Source of the DNA: Sulfurimonadaceae bacterium
GTDB lineage: Bacteria > Campylobacterota > Campylobacteria > Campylobacterales > Sulfurimonadaceae
Length of the DNA stretch: 39,759 nucleotides
Direction of reading: 5' to 3'
Assembly (NCBI GenBank): GCA_041562555.1
Contig: JBFEXS010000005.1
Location: 1-39,759, forward strand
Part shown: positions 18,253-27,069 of the stretch, piece by piece
Layout: each line of letters starts with the position of its first letter
How positions within the stretch are numbered: the stretch's first letter is position 1
Notes under the pieces: model-generated
The model's input: only the letters and a program-made list of their open reading frames with translations
Told to the model about the DNA's origin: nothing
The model's database searches: none
Translations under genes and position numbers: made by a program

Positions 18253-18612
18253 CTATTTTTTGACTTTGAGGTCTCTATACTTCTTCACATAAAAACTTTG
18301 CTGGGTATCGCAATATTGTGCGCGGCCCGTGATATCGAGATTGATCTCGGAACACCCCAGTTTCTTCTCAGCCTTGGGCTGAATGATCATAATGATCTCT
18401 TTTCTTTTTTTTGGGGAAGTACCGCTCTGCCGGGTACGCACCAGCGTCACCTTCTGTGCCTGTAGATTGGGATTCTCGATGATATACATCACCCCGTCAC
18501 AACCACACTCATTCACATGTTTCGTATAGATAGCGGGGTAATTTCCACCTAGACCGATACCCTCACAGCCCACAAAAACAAAGGCCAGTGTAAGTATAAA
18601 AAACGACTTCAT
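18253..18612 (-). CDS. Hypothetical Cys-containing lipoprotein, probable first gene of the cus operon
   Basis: Lipobox FVG-C; GGAG RBS 6 nt before ATG 18612 (18624 is the alternative); TATAAT upstream; 19-nt gap to the TolC gene. Confidence 0.65.
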   Translation of the reverse strand: MKSFFILTLAFVFVGCEGIGLGGNYPAIYTKHVNECGCDGVMYIIENPNLQAQKVTLVRTRQSGTSPKKRKEIIMIIQPKAEKKLGCSEINLDITGRAQYCDTQQSFYVKKYRDLKVKK

Positions 18613-18730
18613 CTGCATCTCCATTTACCCTATTATAGCAGTTTATCCGTTGAGTATTTGTGTAGCGGCCGGCATCCGCATTCCCCTATCGTCATTTGTG
18701 CTGTATAATTCGCTCGATAAAAGGAAGGCA

Positions 18731-19603
18731 ATGACCCAAGAACGCGAAGGCGAACTCTATATGATCGGTGTTTCACTCTTTGAAAGCTGGTTTCCTATCC
18801 TCTCTATCATCTCCCTTGCCTCGATAGGGGCCTTGCATACCTATGCCTTTGCTCTGTTGATCTCTCTGTTCTTCTTTGGTTTTATCATTATAAAAAAAAG
18901 ACTTTTACCCGAGCTCAACAACAAAGCTGCCTATAAACCGCTCATCCTCACAAGCCTTTGGATCACAACTCTCTTTGTATTGATCTTTGTCGGTATACGC
19001 TATACCACTGCGGGAAACATGTCCGTTATCATCTTCTTGCAACTCTTTTTCTCTTATCTCTATTTTAATATCTTGGGCAAGGAGAAGATGCGCCTTGTGC
19101 ACTCTTTTGGTGCCTTCTTCATGGGTGTCGGGGCGATGATCGTACTCTTTCCCGACAAATGGGAGTTTAATCAGGGGGATCTTATCATCCTCATTGCCGC
19201 CGCCATCGCGCCCGTTGCCAATCTCTACTCCCAGAGGGCGCGAAAGTTCTGTTCTTCAGAACTCGTACTGGGCGTGCGGACCCTTCTCGCCCTTCCGGTC
19301 GTATCTTTACTCGCATGGCTTTTCGAGCCAGAACTCACTCTTGAAAACCTGCAGACCGCCCTGCCTTATGTAGCTGTCATCGGTCTGTTTATCTTTGGTC
19401 TTTCAAAAATATTTTGGATGGAAGCCCTGCATCGCATCTCCATCACCAAGGTAAGCGCCATGGTCGCCCTTGTACCCCTATTGACGCTGATATTTGCCTA
19501 CTTCTATCTGGGAGAAGTACCTGAGCTTAGAAAACTTATCGGGGTGATTCCTATTTTGATAGGGGGTTGGCTTTTGACAAAACCCATGAAAGACAATACA
19601 TAA
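18731..19603 (+). CDS. DMT/EamA family transporter
   Basis: About ten TM helices, GIRYTTAGN and YFYLGE motifs; AAGG RBS before ATG 18731. Confidence 0.9.
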   Translation: MTQEREGELYMIGVSLFESWFPILSIISLASIGALHTYAFALLISLFFFGFIIIKKRLLPELNNKAAYKPLILTSLWITTLFVLIFVGIRYTTAGNMSVIIFLQLFFSYLYFNILGKEKMRLVHSFGAFFMGVGAMIVLFPDKWEFNQGDLIILIAAAIAPVANLYSQRARKFCSSELVLGVRTLLALPVVSLLAWLFEPELTLENLQTALPYVAVIGLFIFGLSKIFWMEALHRISITKVSAMVALVPLLTLIFAYFYLGEVPELRKLIGVIPILIGGWLLTKPMKDNT

Positions 19604-19606
19604 TCA

Positions 19607-22108
19607 TCATTTACGCACCATATTCTTCTTCGTCTTAGCCGTTGCAATGGCCTCCAAGGGATCATCGGGCCAATAATGCTTTTTGTACTTCCCTCGTAAC
19701 TCTTTTTTCACCTCGTCATAGGTGTTCTTCCAAAAACTCTCCAGATCCCGGGTCATCTGCATCGGACGGTGGGCGGGAGAGAGCAGGTGTATCATCAGTT
19801 TTACCTTGCCATCCAGCACCGCAGGGGTTCTTTGCGTGCCGAACATCTCCTGCAGCCGCACTGCCAATACCGGATTGCAAGCGTCCGTGTAATCAATAGA
19901 AATATTGGAACCGCTGGCTACCGTCACTTTTTCCGGTGCAAGTCTCTCCAGCTCCTGCATCTGTTCCCATGTGAGCATCGCCGAGAGGATTCCGTAGAGA
20001 TCCAGGTCTTGCAGGGATTTAAAAGAGTTCTTCTCCCTGATGTAAGGCAAAAGCCACTCATCCAGTTGGGCCAGAAGAGTCTCTTCACTCAGATCGGGAA
20101 AGTGATCCCTTTGATGGGTATTGACAAAATTCACGCGCGCTACAAAGGCACTGCTTTTTTTGCTCCATGGCAGTACCTTTGATCCCGTTTCCCGGATAGC
20201 CTCGATGAGGACTCCCGCACTTTCAGCGTCTTTTGGTATGGGCATGGTCTGCTCTTGCAGCCTGATAGCACCCAGATCCCTGACTTTACGTGCCTCTACC
20301 CGTTGCTCCTGGGCGTTCCATCGCAAAAGCTCTCTCTCTTCTGTCAGATCGCTGAGATCCTCTTCGATCTGTGCCCTGGAAAGCGCACAAGCCCTATAGA
20401 TCAGTGCCGACTCCGCGCGCCCGTCCAAGTCCGATACGACTAAAAACTCCGAGCGTACCAGGGCATCCTCTTTATGTATAAAAGCACCCTTTCCATTGGC
20501 AAGCAGATAAGAGGTGCTTTTGGCATCGCGTATCTGGGCGATGCGCTCAGGATAGGCGAAGGCCAGCAATATCCCTATCTTCTCCATATCGATATGCTCC
20601 TTGGGTTTTGCCTCAAGGCGTCTGGCATTTTGCAGTAGACTCCTGCAATGTTGCAGATTCACACCACTGCCTTTGTATCCTTCATTTTGTTTGATACCAT
20701 GCAGTATGCCGACTCTCTCCCGCATGTCTGTAGACAATGTCCTATCCCTATAGACATCCTTCTCACTGATCAGGACTGCAAGGAGAGAGGCCTCATAAGC
20801 AAGGCCCATTTCCCTGGCCCTTATCATCATGTGCGCCAGTCTCGGATGCAGACCAAAACGGCTCATCTGCTCGCCATGCTCCGTTATCTTGCCCCGTGCA
20901 TCCAGAGCACCGAGCCGGGACAGAAGTTCTTTGGCATGTGTAAGTGCGTGCTCAGGCGGCCTGTCCATCCAGGAGAGTTCATCAATATCCTCATTTCCCC
21001 AAACAGCCAATTCCAATTGCAATTGGATAAGATCCGCTTCCAGGATCTCCGGCGTATCATGCTTGATCAGACCCTTTGCCTTATGCCAGATATGATAGGC
21101 TTTTCCTTCGGAAGTTCTACCGGCCCTTCCGGCACGCTGTACAGCGGAATCCTGTGAGATAAAACGGCTAACAAGACGGTTCATCCCCGAACTGGCATCA
21201 AACACAGAGGCGTTACTCAGTCCCGAGTCGATAACGATTCTGATTCCTTCGATTGTGAGGGATGTTTGGGCTATGTTAGTACTTAAAACAATTTTTCTAA
21301 CCCCTTTTTTTGGGGCCTTGATCGCTTTATCCTGCTCTTGCTTGCTCAGGCTTCCAAACAGGGAAGAAACATAGGTGTTCTTCAAATCACTCTGTTGGAG
21401 TTTCGCTTCGAGCTGCTTGATCTCTCTAACACCGGGCAAAAATACCAGGATGTTTCCCTCCTCTTTGTCGAGTATCTCGCGCAACAGCTTATAGATAAAA
21501 AGAGGCAGCTCTTCTTTACTTGGCTGGGGTGTTTTAGCATCCAGATATACAGACTCAACCGGGTAAGCCCGACCCTGACTCTCTATCAACGGTGCATTTG
21601 CCAGAAGCTGTGAAATAGCCGAGGTATTGAGCGTAGCCGACATCACGAGGAGTTTAAGGTCATCTCGCAAAAGTGCTTGGGATTCCAGACTCAGCGCCAA
21701 AGAGAGGTCCGCGTGGATAGAACGCTCATGAAACTCATCAAAGATGATCAAAGCAAACTCTTCCAGTGACGGGTCTGCTTGAAGCTTTCGGGTCAGTATC
21801 CCTTCGGTGACGATAAGTATCTTGGTCTTCTCACTCTGCACCGAGTCCATCTTGATCTGATAACCGATACGCTCACCTACCTCTTCACCCAACATCTCAG
21901 CCATGCGCGCCGCAGAGGAGCGCACTGCCAAGCGGCGGGGTTCAAGCATAATGATCTTTTTATCCTCCAGCCAGGGTTCATCCAACAGGGCCAAGGGCAA
22001 AGCCGTGGTCTTTCCTGCCCCCGGAGGTGCCTGCAGTACAAGACGGTTATGATGTAAAAGGGCCTTTTTGAGCTCGTCTAGGACCTCATGGATAGGAAGG
22101 GTGTTCAT
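19607..22108 (-). CDS. hrpB: ATP-dependent RNA helicase HrpB
   Basis: APPGAGKTT, DEFHER, MSAT, TNIAQTSLTI, QRAGRAGR and the HrpB C-terminus (VRLQEMFG...GKYKKHYWP). Confidence 0.96.
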   Translation of the reverse strand: MNTLPIHEVLDELKKALLHHNRLVLQAPPGAGKTTALPLALLDEPWLEDKKIIMLEPRRLAVRSSAARMAEMLGEEVGERIGYQIKMDSVQSEKTKILIVTEGILTRKLQADPSLEEFALIIFDEFHERSIHADLSLALSLESQALLRDDLKLLVMSATLNTSAISQLLANAPLIESQGRAYPVESVYLDAKTPQPSKEELPLFIYKLLREILDKEEGNILVFLPGVREIKQLEAKLQQSDLKNTYVSSLFGSLSKQEQDKAIKAPKKGVRKIVLSTNIAQTSLTIEGIRIVIDSGLSNASVFDASSGMNRLVSRFISQDSAVQRAGRAGRTSEGKAYHIWHKAKGLIKHDTPEILEADLIQLQLELAVWGNEDIDELSWMDRPPEHALTHAKELLSRLGALDARGKITEHGEQMSRFGLHPRLAHMMIRAREMGLAYEASLLAVLISEKDVYRDRTLSTDMRERVGILHGIKQNEGYKGSGVNLQHCRSLLQNARRLEAKPKEHIDMEKIGILLAFAYPERIAQIRDAKSTSYLLANGKGAFIHKEDALVRSEFLVVSDLDGRAESALIYRACALSRAQIEEDLSDLTEERELLRWNAQEQRVEARKVRDLGAIRLQEQTMPIPKDAESAGVLIEAIRETGSKVLPWSKKSSAFVARVNFVNTHQRDHFPDLSEETLLAQLDEWLLPYIREKNSFKSLQDLDLYGILSAMLTWEQMQELERLAPEKVTVASGSNISIDYTDACNPVLAVRLQEMFGTQRTPAVLDGKVKLMIHLLSPAHRPMQMTRDLESFWKNTYDEVKKELRGKYKKHYWPDDPLEAIATAKTKKNMVRK

Positions 22109-22130
22109 TAGAGCCGTCTGAGCTTAGACA

Positions 22131-22532
22131 TTACCAGTCATCATCCTCGTCATCATCTACGCCGAGGTTTTCACGCAGTTGTGCCGCAACAATCTGTGCT
22201 TTTTTATAAAACTTTTCCGCAATCTCAGGAGTGAACTTACTCTCGACCACTCCTTTAAAGATCTCCAACCAACGATCGAAACTCTCGGGGGTCAATTGTC
22301 CGATAAAAGCATGTGCCGGTGTAGGGTCTCCCTGATAGGTCGAGAAGCCCGTCATCATCAACAGCCAGAACTCATCCAATCTATGCAGATGTTCATGCCA
22401 TTTTCCCCCGTCAATGTCTTCACCAAGTACACGGGTGAACATCGGTCCGAGCAATTCATCCTTAAGCACAAGGGAATAGAAGTCATAGACCATCTCCCGA
22501 ACGCTCTCTCTATCGACTACATCATAGGCCAT
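22131..22532 (-). CDS. Group III truncated hemoglobin (trHbP/Ctb-like)
   Basis: FY (B9-B10), LGPMF, WHEH...FW, YQGDP..AH and FDRWL motifs. Confidence 0.9.
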   Translation of the reverse strand: MAYDVVDRESVREMVYDFYSLVLKDELLGPMFTRVLGEDIDGGKWHEHLHRLDEFWLLMMTGFSTYQGDPTPAHAFIGQLTPESFDRWLEIFKGVVESKFTPEIAEKFYKKAQIVAAQLRENLGVDDDEDDDW

Positions 22533-22969
22533 TATTTTTCCTTCTTATCAAACTTCATACCCCACGGGCCTTCCCCGGTGACTTGCAGCAGTGTCTCTTC
22601 CTCTTTTGTCCAAAGATAATGTCTGGCTTCCTTAGGGTTGATATAGAAACCGCCGGATTGAATACAGTTTCCCTTGGTGTAATCCACCTTTTCCGAGAAA
22701 CTGATGCAGATCTTCCCCTTAAGTACCGTTACCCGTTCATCTTTGAGATGCCAATGCGGCGGGATCTTCTTGAATGCCGGTACCTTTATTCTGAAAGTAT
22801 AGATGCCTTTTTTCAAAGGCTCTCCTTCCAAAAGCAGCATCTGCACGGGAGGAAAAGGCTTTTGTCCTTTTACAAAGGGCCGTTCTCCCTCGTTATACTG
22901 CACTGCTCCTTCCGGCAAAGCATACATCACGCTGACGGATACCCACAAAAGGACTAACAGATACTTCAT
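22532..22969 (-). CDS. Secreted cupin-domain protein (DUF4437-like)
   Basis: Signal peptide; PPHWH..DE..TVLKG and P...RHY cupin motifs; TAATG coupling to the globin. Confidence 0.85.
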   Translation of the reverse strand: MKYLLVLLWVSVSVMYALPEGAVQYNEGERPFVKGQKPFPPVQMLLLEGEPLKKGIYTFRIKVPAFKKIPPHWHLKDERVTVLKGKICISFSEKVDYTKGNCIQSGGFYINPKEARHYLWTKEEETLLQVTGEGPWGMKFDKKEK

Positions 22970-23038
22970 AATTCTCCTTGGACTTTATGGATGAAATAGT
23001 ACACTATTTTTACTGTACAGCGAGACTGTTTGAGCTGT

Positions 23039-23416
23039 TTAATCGTTTACATACCAGGATATACGCACCCTTCGTTTTCCCCACTGCAGTGCCGCTTTCC
23101 TGTCAAGACCCATGTAGATATCGATCTTGTTTTTCCAGCGTTTGTGCATCTTGTCAAGAACAGTATACTCACCTTCAAAGCCTTCTATACGGACTTTACT
23201 CCCGTGAGTCAGTCCCATCTGCATCAGGTCTCTCGAGATAGCGATGGACTTCATTCCCGGTTCGAGACGATCTCCCCATGCTGTGATAAAAGGTGTCGTG
23301 TCCGTCTGACCTTTCGTTGACGTATAGGCTGTTGCTGTCACTTCTATAGACTCTCGTGAACTACACCCGCAAAGGAAGAGTATGACAGTTATCATCAATA
23401 GCCATCTTTTGATCAC
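23039..23416 (-). CDS. 3D-domain (MltA-like) lipoprotein
   Basis: Lipobox LCG-C; VTATAYTS, IAISRDL, VLDKM and KIDIYMG motifs. Confidence 0.9.
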   Translation of the reverse strand: MIKRWLLMITVILFLCGCSSRESIEVTATAYTSTKGQTDTTPFITAWGDRLEPGMKSIAISRDLMQMGLTHGSKVRIEGFEGEYTVLDKMHKRWKNKIDIYMGLDRKAALQWGKRRVRISWYVND

Positions 23417-23961
23417 GACTGCTTCTTCTTTTGGTTATTCACTACGATCAACAGACCTGCTACCAGAAAGATGACTCCAAAAACGGTTAAGCCCATCTTG
23501 TGACGGGTGACGTTTGCTTTTAGGGTCAGTTCTGCCCCTTTGTATCGCAGGTTCTCGGATCGGATATCATAACTAAAAAGGATCTCCTGCTCTTCATCCA
23601 CATCAAAGGTCTGTAAAGAGGCATGATGCGTGTTGTTCACTACGCCCTTTTTATCGCTGTTGACCGAAGCACGTCCATCCTCTGTCCACAACACTCTTCC
23701 ATCCTCACCTTTAGCACTGACAACATATTCAATATAACGCTGCGCAATACTGTTATAGGCCTTTGTGCCATAGTCCATACTTATAAGAAGACGCATGGGG
23801 TTCATGTGCGGATCGACCCGGACACTATAGGTGTTCCCGTGCTTACCTTGCAAAGGAAAACCCTCTACATCACTGCCCGAAAAGAATACCGCCTTTAGAC
23901 TGATAGCCAAGGCCACCAGACCTGAAGCCATCAAAAGATACCCTGTCTTATTTGAACCCAT
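23413..23961 (-). CDS. Hypothetical membrane protein (N- and C-terminal TM helices)
   Basis: 182-aa ORF, AAGGAG RBS, GTGA overlap with the 3D gene. Confidence 0.78.
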   Translation of the reverse strand: MGSNKTGYLLMASGLVALAISLKAVFFSGSDVEGFPLQGKHGNTYSVRVDPHMNPMRLLISMDYGTKAYNSIAQRYIEYVVSAKGEDGRVLWTEDGRASVNSDKKGVVNNTHHASLQTFDVDEEQEILFSYDIRSENLRYKGAELTLKANVTRHKMGLTVFGVIFLVAGLLIVVNNQKKKQS

Positions 23962-23997
23962 AACTACTCCTTAGTATTGTACGCTCTCATCTAACCC

Positions 23998-24177
23998 CTA
24001 TTTGGATTGACGCATTTTTTCGGCCAGTTCCCTTGCCTCAGCCAACTTCTGCATCAATGCATCAAAAAGAGCCAAAAACGTGTCATCAAGGGCGAGAGTA
24101 CCGTCCTCTTTCACCATAGTATTCTGCAAATTGTTCAGTGCCAATTCCAGTTGCATGATCGTTAATGCCGGATTCAT
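23998..24177 (-). CDS. Small helical hypothetical protein (59 aa; not in ORF track)
   Basis: MNPALTIMQLELALNNLQNTMVKEDGTLALDDTFLALFDALMQKLAEARELAEKMRQSK; GAGGGG RBS; ATG directly follows the upstream TAG. Confidence 0.7.
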   Translation of the reverse strand: MNPALTIMQLELALNNLQNTMVKEDGTLALDDTFLALFDALMQKLAEARELAEKMRQSK

Positions 24178-24321
24178 CTAATACCCCCTCATTTCGCCTT
24201 CGAGTTGGTTGATCGAAAGTTTCAATGCCTCGATCACCGATACTTTTTGCTCCTGCAAACGTGCTTCGGCCAACACCTGAAGCCGCTGTATATACAGCGC
24301 TAAAAGCTCTTTATCATCCAT
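24178..24321 (-). CDS. Small helical hypothetical protein (47 aa; not in ORF track)
   Basis: MDDKELLALYIQRLQVLAEARLQEQKVSVIEALKLSINQLEGEMRGY; AAGGAG RBS 7 nt upstream; TGTTAAGAT extended -10. Confidence 0.7.
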   Translation of the reverse strand: MDDKELLALYIQRLQVLAEARLQEQKVSVIEALKLSINQLEGEMRGY

Positions 24322-24465
24322 CTGTCATCTCCTTAATTGCCATACAACATCTTAACACAAAAATATCTTTGACTTTTGAATCCTCAAATGGAAGGAGCTG
24401 ATCAAACCGATGACACATATACCGGAGAATGAAGATGGTTAACTGTGTACTGTAGATAGAAGGAG

Positions 24466-24494
24466 TTGAACGATCCGAAAAAAGGATCGCTCAA
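24466..24494 (-). terminator. Hairpin downstream of pstS (probable terminator or stabiliser)
   Basis: TTGAACGATCC-N7-GGATCGCTCAA inverted repeat 15 nt after the pstS stop. Confidence 0.55.
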
Positions 24495-24508
24495 GGAGAC
24501 AAGAAAGC

Positions 24509-25537
24509 TTACTTAAGTCCTTTATAGGCCCAATAAGAACGGATCATCTCTTTTGTCTCTTTTGGTAAAGGGATATATCCCAATTTAATAGCTGCCTCAT
24601 CCCCATGTGTGAAGGCATAATCATAAAATGCAAGCACATCTTTGTTCGTCTCTGCCTTTTCTACCGGAAGCAGGATGAAACTCGCTGCTACAATAGGGTA
24701 TGAGCTATCTCCCGGTTGAAGGGCCAAAAGGGCATAAAAATTATCTTCTTTTGTCCATGAGGCATATTTTGCTGCTGCTTTGAAGTTCTCATCACGGGCA
24801 CTTACCCATTTGCCGCTTGCTGTCTGAAGCGTTGCTCCTACAAGCTTGTTCTGCGTCTTATAGGCATTCTCAATATAACCGATAGAAAACGGTGTCTGCT
24901 TGACCAAGGAAGCCACTCCTTCATTTCCTTTTCCACCGATCCCCGAAGCCCAATCGATAGCCTTGCCCACGCCATAGTTGTTTTTCCAGTAGTCATTTGC
25001 TCCTGACAAATAATACGTAAAGTTATAGGTTGTCCCCGACCCGTCAGAGCGGTGACACACGATGATTCTTTCATCCGGAAGAGCGACGCCTGCATTATCA
25101 GCAAGGATAGCCGGATCATTCCATTTCGTTATTCTACCGGCAAATATATCAGCGACAACAGCATTTTTAAGCTTAAGCTGTTCATCCGCCACTCCCGGAA
25201 GATTAAGGACAACGACGATCGATCCGATAACAGCAGGAAATTGTATAAGTTTCTTCTTATGTAACTTAGCCGTTCTCAAGGGCTTATCCGAGGCACCAAA
25301 GCTTACGACGCGTTTGGAGACCTGTTTGATTCCCCCACCCGAACCAATGGATTGATAATTCACACGATTCTTCGTCTCTTTTTGATATTGATACGCCCAG
25401 TCATAATACAACGGTGCCGGGAAAGATGCTCCGGCTCCATTGATCTTTGCACCCATGATACTCGTTGTTACAACGGCTGCGATCAACAAACCTTTCATCA
25501 GCTTTATACTCAAGAAACTGTTTCCTTTCACATGCAT
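24509..25537 (-). CDS. pstS: Phosphate ABC transporter substrate-binding protein
   Basis: GAGASFPAPLY, YQSIGSGGG, FGASD, RSDGSGTT, GKGNEGVA, YPI. Confidence 0.97.
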   Translation of the reverse strand: MHVKGNSFLSIKLMKGLLIAAVVTTSIMGAKINGAGASFPAPLYYDWAYQYQKETKNRVNYQSIGSGGGIKQVSKRVVSFGASDKPLRTAKLHKKKLIQFPAVIGSIVVVLNLPGVADEQLKLKNAVVADIFAGRITKWNDPAILADNAGVALPDERIIVCHRSDGSGTTYNFTYYLSGANDYWKNNYGVGKAIDWASGIGGKGNEGVASLVKQTPFSIGYIENAYKTQNKLVGATLQTASGKWVSARDENFKAAAKYASWTKEDNFYALLALQPGDSSYPIVAASFILLPVEKAETNKDVLAFYDYAFTHGDEAAIKLGYIPLPKETKEMIRSYWAYKGLK

Positions 25538-25570
25538 ACTCTATTTCCTTCTCTTTGTTCTATTCTTGAA

Positions 25571-25604
25571 AGCTTAGACCAACTAGATAACATAAGAGTT
25601 ACAA
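25571..25604 (-). promoter_or_regulatory. Pho box plus -10 of pstS
   Basis: TTGTAAC-TCTT-ATGTTAT, then 10 nt, then TAAGCT. Confidence 0.7.
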
Positions 25605-25616
25605 TCTACTGTATCT

Positions 25617-25650
25617 GCGTAATCTTCTTGTTACAATGCTCTCTTAAAAT
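25617..25650 (+). promoter_or_regulatory. Pho box plus -10 of phoU-phoB-phoR
   Basis: GCGTAAT-CTTC-TTGTTAC, then 10 nt, then TAAAAT. Confidence 0.7.
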
Positions 25651-25679
25651 TCTGCCTATACAAACACAAAGGAATCTTG

Positions 25680-26348
25680 ATGCTTCCGCGTTATGAAAGC
25701 CAGATTAACGATATTCAAGAAAAACTTATCCGACTTATCTCCGAGGTTGTAGAGGCACATCATGCTGCTCTACGTGCATTCAAAGCAAAAAATGGCCAGG
25801 AATTCGATATAGTCAAGAACATCCTTAAAACCATTCAATCCGAAGCAAACCTCATCGATAATGAGATTGTCAAGACCTTCGCACTGTATGGTCCGGAGGC
25901 ACAAGAACTGCGACTTCTGATCTCATACCTGAAAATGACGAATGAGCTTGTTCGTATCGGTGAAGGTGCAAAGAAATACGCCCGCCGTATGAAGACCCAC
26001 ATCGAGAGCGACTGTAACCTCGATAGCATCTCTGACGTGATCATCAAACTTCACAGCTCATCGATCGCTGCTCTGCAGTTTATCGCGGACTGCTTTCACA
26101 ACCACTCCCAATGTGATTATGAAGATCTTTATCGTTCGGTAATGATTGAAGAGAGTAAATGTGATGATTTTCACTCCATCTTGGAAAAAGAGATACTTTC
26201 GCGTATAATTATAGAAGGTGAACTCTCTATCGAATATGTCAGAGTTCTAAGCACTCTGCGCAAGCTTGAACGCGCCTCGGATCACGCGATCAATATTGCC
26301 AAACTTATGGTCTACTCCAAAGAGGGTGGAGCAATCCAAAGTTATTAG
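25680..26348 (+). CDS. phoU: Phosphate signalling protein PhoU
   Basis: Two PhoU repeats (ELVRIGE; LERASDHAINIA); locus context. Confidence 0.9.
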   Translation: MLPRYESQINDIQEKLIRLISEVVEAHHAALRAFKAKNGQEFDIVKNILKTIQSEANLIDNEIVKTFALYGPEAQELRLLISYLKMTNELVRIGEGAKKYARRMKTHIESDCNLDSISDVIIKLHSSSIAALQFIADCFHNHSQCDYEDLYRSVMIEESKCDDFHSILEKEILSRIIIEGELSIEYVRVLSTLRKLERASDHAINIAKLMVYSKEGGAIQSY

Positions 26349-26388
26349 TGTCAGGTGACCTAAACAGAATTCATCCTAAAGGGTACCA

Positions 26389-27069
26389 ATGTCAAAAGCA
26401 CTTATCGTTGTTGTTGAAGATGAAGAAGATATTCTAGAACTCCTGGAATATAATCTGCAGAAAGAGGGATATGAGACCATTGGTTTTGTCAACACAAAGA
26501 ACGTTCCGCAACTTCTCGAAGAAGAGAATGTCGACCTTTTGCTGATGGATAGAAACCTTCCTTGCGTCGAAGGAAGTGAGTTTATCCAGGAACTGCGCGA
26601 CAAAGGGGTCCAGACTCCTGTGATCTACTTAAGTGCCAAGAACAAGGACAGTGACATCGAAGAGGGATTTGATCGGGGTGCCGATGATTATATCACCAAG
26701 CCTTTTAGCCCCAAAGAGGTCTCTATGCGTGTCAAAGCCGTCTTAAAACGTACCAAAGCCGGCTTTAACCAGGAGAGCATCTCTTATCGCGATATCATCA
26801 TGAACCCACAAACACGTGAAGTCAAGGCAGGTGATACCAATGTCGAACTCTCCAAACTTGAGTTTGATCTTTTATTGACCCTGATCAAGAATCAAAACAT
26901 CGTTCTTGACAGGGATTTTCTTCTTGAAAATGTATGGGGTGGTGATGAGATCTATCAAGACAAGACCGTCAATGTCGCTATCAACCGTCTTAAAGACAAG
27001 ATCGACCCACGTAAAGAAAAAGAGTATATCAAAACGGTACGGGGAGTAGGTTATACACTAAATGCTTAA
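26389..27069 (+). CDS. phoB: OmpR-family response regulator, PhoB-like
   Basis: VEDE, LLMD, GADDYITKPF receiver domain; winged helix ending TVRGVGY; pho context. Confidence 0.85.
   Translation: MSKALIVVVEDEEDILELLEYNLQKEGYETIGFVNTKNVPQLLEEENVDLLLMDRNLPCVEGSEFIQELRDKGVQTPVIYLSAKNKDSDIEEGFDRGADDYITKPFSPKEVSMRVKAVLKRTKAGFNQESISYRDIIMNPQTREVKAGDTNVELSKLEFDLLLTLIKNQNIVLDRDFLLENVWGGDEIYQDKTVNVAINRLKDKIDPRKEKEYIKTVRGVGYTLNA

Noticed and set aside
18650..18730. TTG-start extension of the EamA ORF
   Set aside because: It spans the gene's own TATAAT promoter; the SD supports ATG 18731.
12846..22057. Numerous long antisense or overlapping ORFs (e.g. 14975-15649, 17130-17630, 20648-21157)
   Set aside because: They shadow well-supported genes (cusA, TolC, hrpB) and show no recognisable motifs or RBS.
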